From positions 512,001-576,000 of the forward strand of contig CAVVYR010000008.1 of NCBI GenBank assembly GCA_963752475.1: a stretch of 64,000 nt of DNA, given 5' to 3'. Position numbers and translations under genes: made by a program. The DNA comes from an uncultured Chloroflexia bacterium. Lineage in GTDB: Bacteria; Chloroflexota; Limnocylindria; Limnocylindrales; CSP1-4. Below, one piece after another: positions 62,802-64,000 of this stretch. The stretch's first letter is position 1; each line of letters starts with the position of its first letter. The notes below the pieces were generated by a model that saw only the letters and a list, made by a program, of their open reading frames with translations, was not told where the DNA came from and ran no database searches.

Positions 62802-63443
62802 CTACCCGACCGACCCGCCTTGGGGAAGTGCGCGCCGCACGGCCACGACCTCGATGAGGTGGAAGTGATGGTCCTCACCCAGCGCGGTCTGGCCATCCTC
62901 CTCCTTCTCGGTCCAGTGCTCGATCTCGAAGCCGGCGAGGTACCCGCGGATCACCTCGGGCGCGGGACAGGTCATGTCTTCCTCGCCCGCGGCATCGTCG
63001 TTGTCGGCGAAGAGCATGCCGCTGAAGCGTCCGCCGACCGGGATGGCGGCGAGGATTCGCGCCCAGGTGGCCTCATAGTCGTCGGCCGGCTGGAAGGGCA
63101 GGATGAGGTTGGCGTTGAGCAGGTCGCAGCCTGGGATCTCGAAGTCCTGCAATCTCGAGACCTCCGTCTCGAGGCGATCGCGATCCGCTTCGGGCGTCAG
63201 TTCCCACAGGCGCTGGGGTCCCTCGGGCGTCATGTCCGTGGCCAGCACGCGCCAGCCACGCCGGAGCAGTTCGCGCGTGTCACGTCCGGCACCACAACCG
63301 AGGTCGACCGCGAAGCGGGGGCCTGCGGCTGGGTGTTTGCCGAAGGCCTTGGCGGCGGTCCTGGTGGTGGTCCATGAGGGTCGCTCGGCGGTCACGTCGT
63401 AGTAGTCGGGCCAGTGGGTCTCGGAAGCGTTCTTGTCGGTCAT
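62802..63443 (-). CDS. Class I SAM-dependent methyltransferase
   Basis: AVDLGCGAGRDT, W.VLATD, GGRFSG. Confidence 0.9.
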   Translation of the reverse strand: MTDKNASETHWPDYYDVTAERPSWTTTRTAAKAFGKHPAAGPRFAVDLGCGAGRDTRELLRRGWRVLATDMTPEGPQRLWELTPEADRDRLETEVSRLQDFEIPGCDLLNANLILPFQPADDYEATWARILAAIPVGGRFSGMLFADNDDAAGEEDMTCPAPEVIRGYLAGFEIEHWTEKEEDGQTALGEDHHFHLIEVVAVRRALPQGGSVG

Positions 63444-63662
63444 CGTCAGGCCAGCGTAGCGTCATGCTCGAGGCAGCGACGTCGTCAACGCCGTCCTGAT
63501 GGCGCCCGATCAGGGCCGTGGCTTCCTGGCCCACCGGGCAGAGCCTCAGGCTGCCTCACGTGACCTTCTGTGCGCTATCGCCGAAGCTCTCCTTCGCCAG
63601 GCGTACGATGTCTGGTCGTCGCCGCCATGGCTGGGCGGCGCAGCCGAGGCGGCGCGCTGGGA

Positions 63663-64000
63663 CTAGTCAGCTGGTGGCCCGGTGGGCAACGGATACAGCT
63701 GGCGGCCCCCGGTCATGTCCGGGACCGGCTCGTCGGGGAACGACAGCATCTCGGCCTCGAAGATGTGGCCTTCGTATGCCAGGTCCCACGGGCCTTCCGC
63801 GTCCGCTGGGGTCACCCCGTGCAGCAGCGCATAGAGTCCCTCGTAGGCACCCTCACCGGCTAGGACGTAGAAGCTGTACCGCTTGCCGCCGCCGTTGACC
63901 CAGCGTCCGGTGCCACGCCAGCGCCCGTCCTCATCTTCCAGCAAGCTCCGGCTGACCGTGTTCATGGCGCCGTCGAGCACGTCCGACGGCTTCCAGATGA
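63663..64000 (-). CDS. Hypothetical protein, 5' end beyond window
   Basis: G.W.GTG..L.GEGAYEGL.A pattern; frame open to window edge. Confidence 0.6.
   Translation of the reverse strand, partial: IWKPSDVLDGAMNTVSRSLLEDEDGRWRGTGRWVNGGGKRYSFYVLAGEGAYEGLYALLHGVTPADAEGPWDLAYEGHIFEAEMLSFPDEPVPDMTGGRQLYPLPTGPPAD

Overview
GC-rich bacterial chromosomal window with about 72 genes, mostly housekeeping and metabolic. Gene style suggests Chloroflexota/Actinobacteria-like organisms, possibly Limnocylindria; this is inference only. Contents: two ABC-2 exporter units, tRNA-Arg(CCG), tRNA-Asp(GTC), alkaline phosphatase, fumC, threonine aldolase, a frameshifted CapA gene, two tandem sulfotransferases beside three Flp pilins, kamA, pfkA, lhgO, an Rrf2-sufC-sufS-sufU-moeB-cysO-cysM-mec sulfur operon without sufB/sufD, a nucleoside salvage region (BMP-ABC, cytosine deaminase, ECF, nucleoside hydrolase), icd and tag. 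I saw no CRISPR array, transposase, integrase or phage gene. The most notable unexplained signals are non-coding. One is a hairpin motif with an identical 14-nt loop and unrelated stems upstream of two flp genes. The other is an orphan structured RNA (6S-like candidate) at about 11.1-11.27 kb. A phycobiliprotein/globin-like gene coupled to DUF433 is also of interest. All calls come from reading motifs by eye; no searches or folding programs were run.
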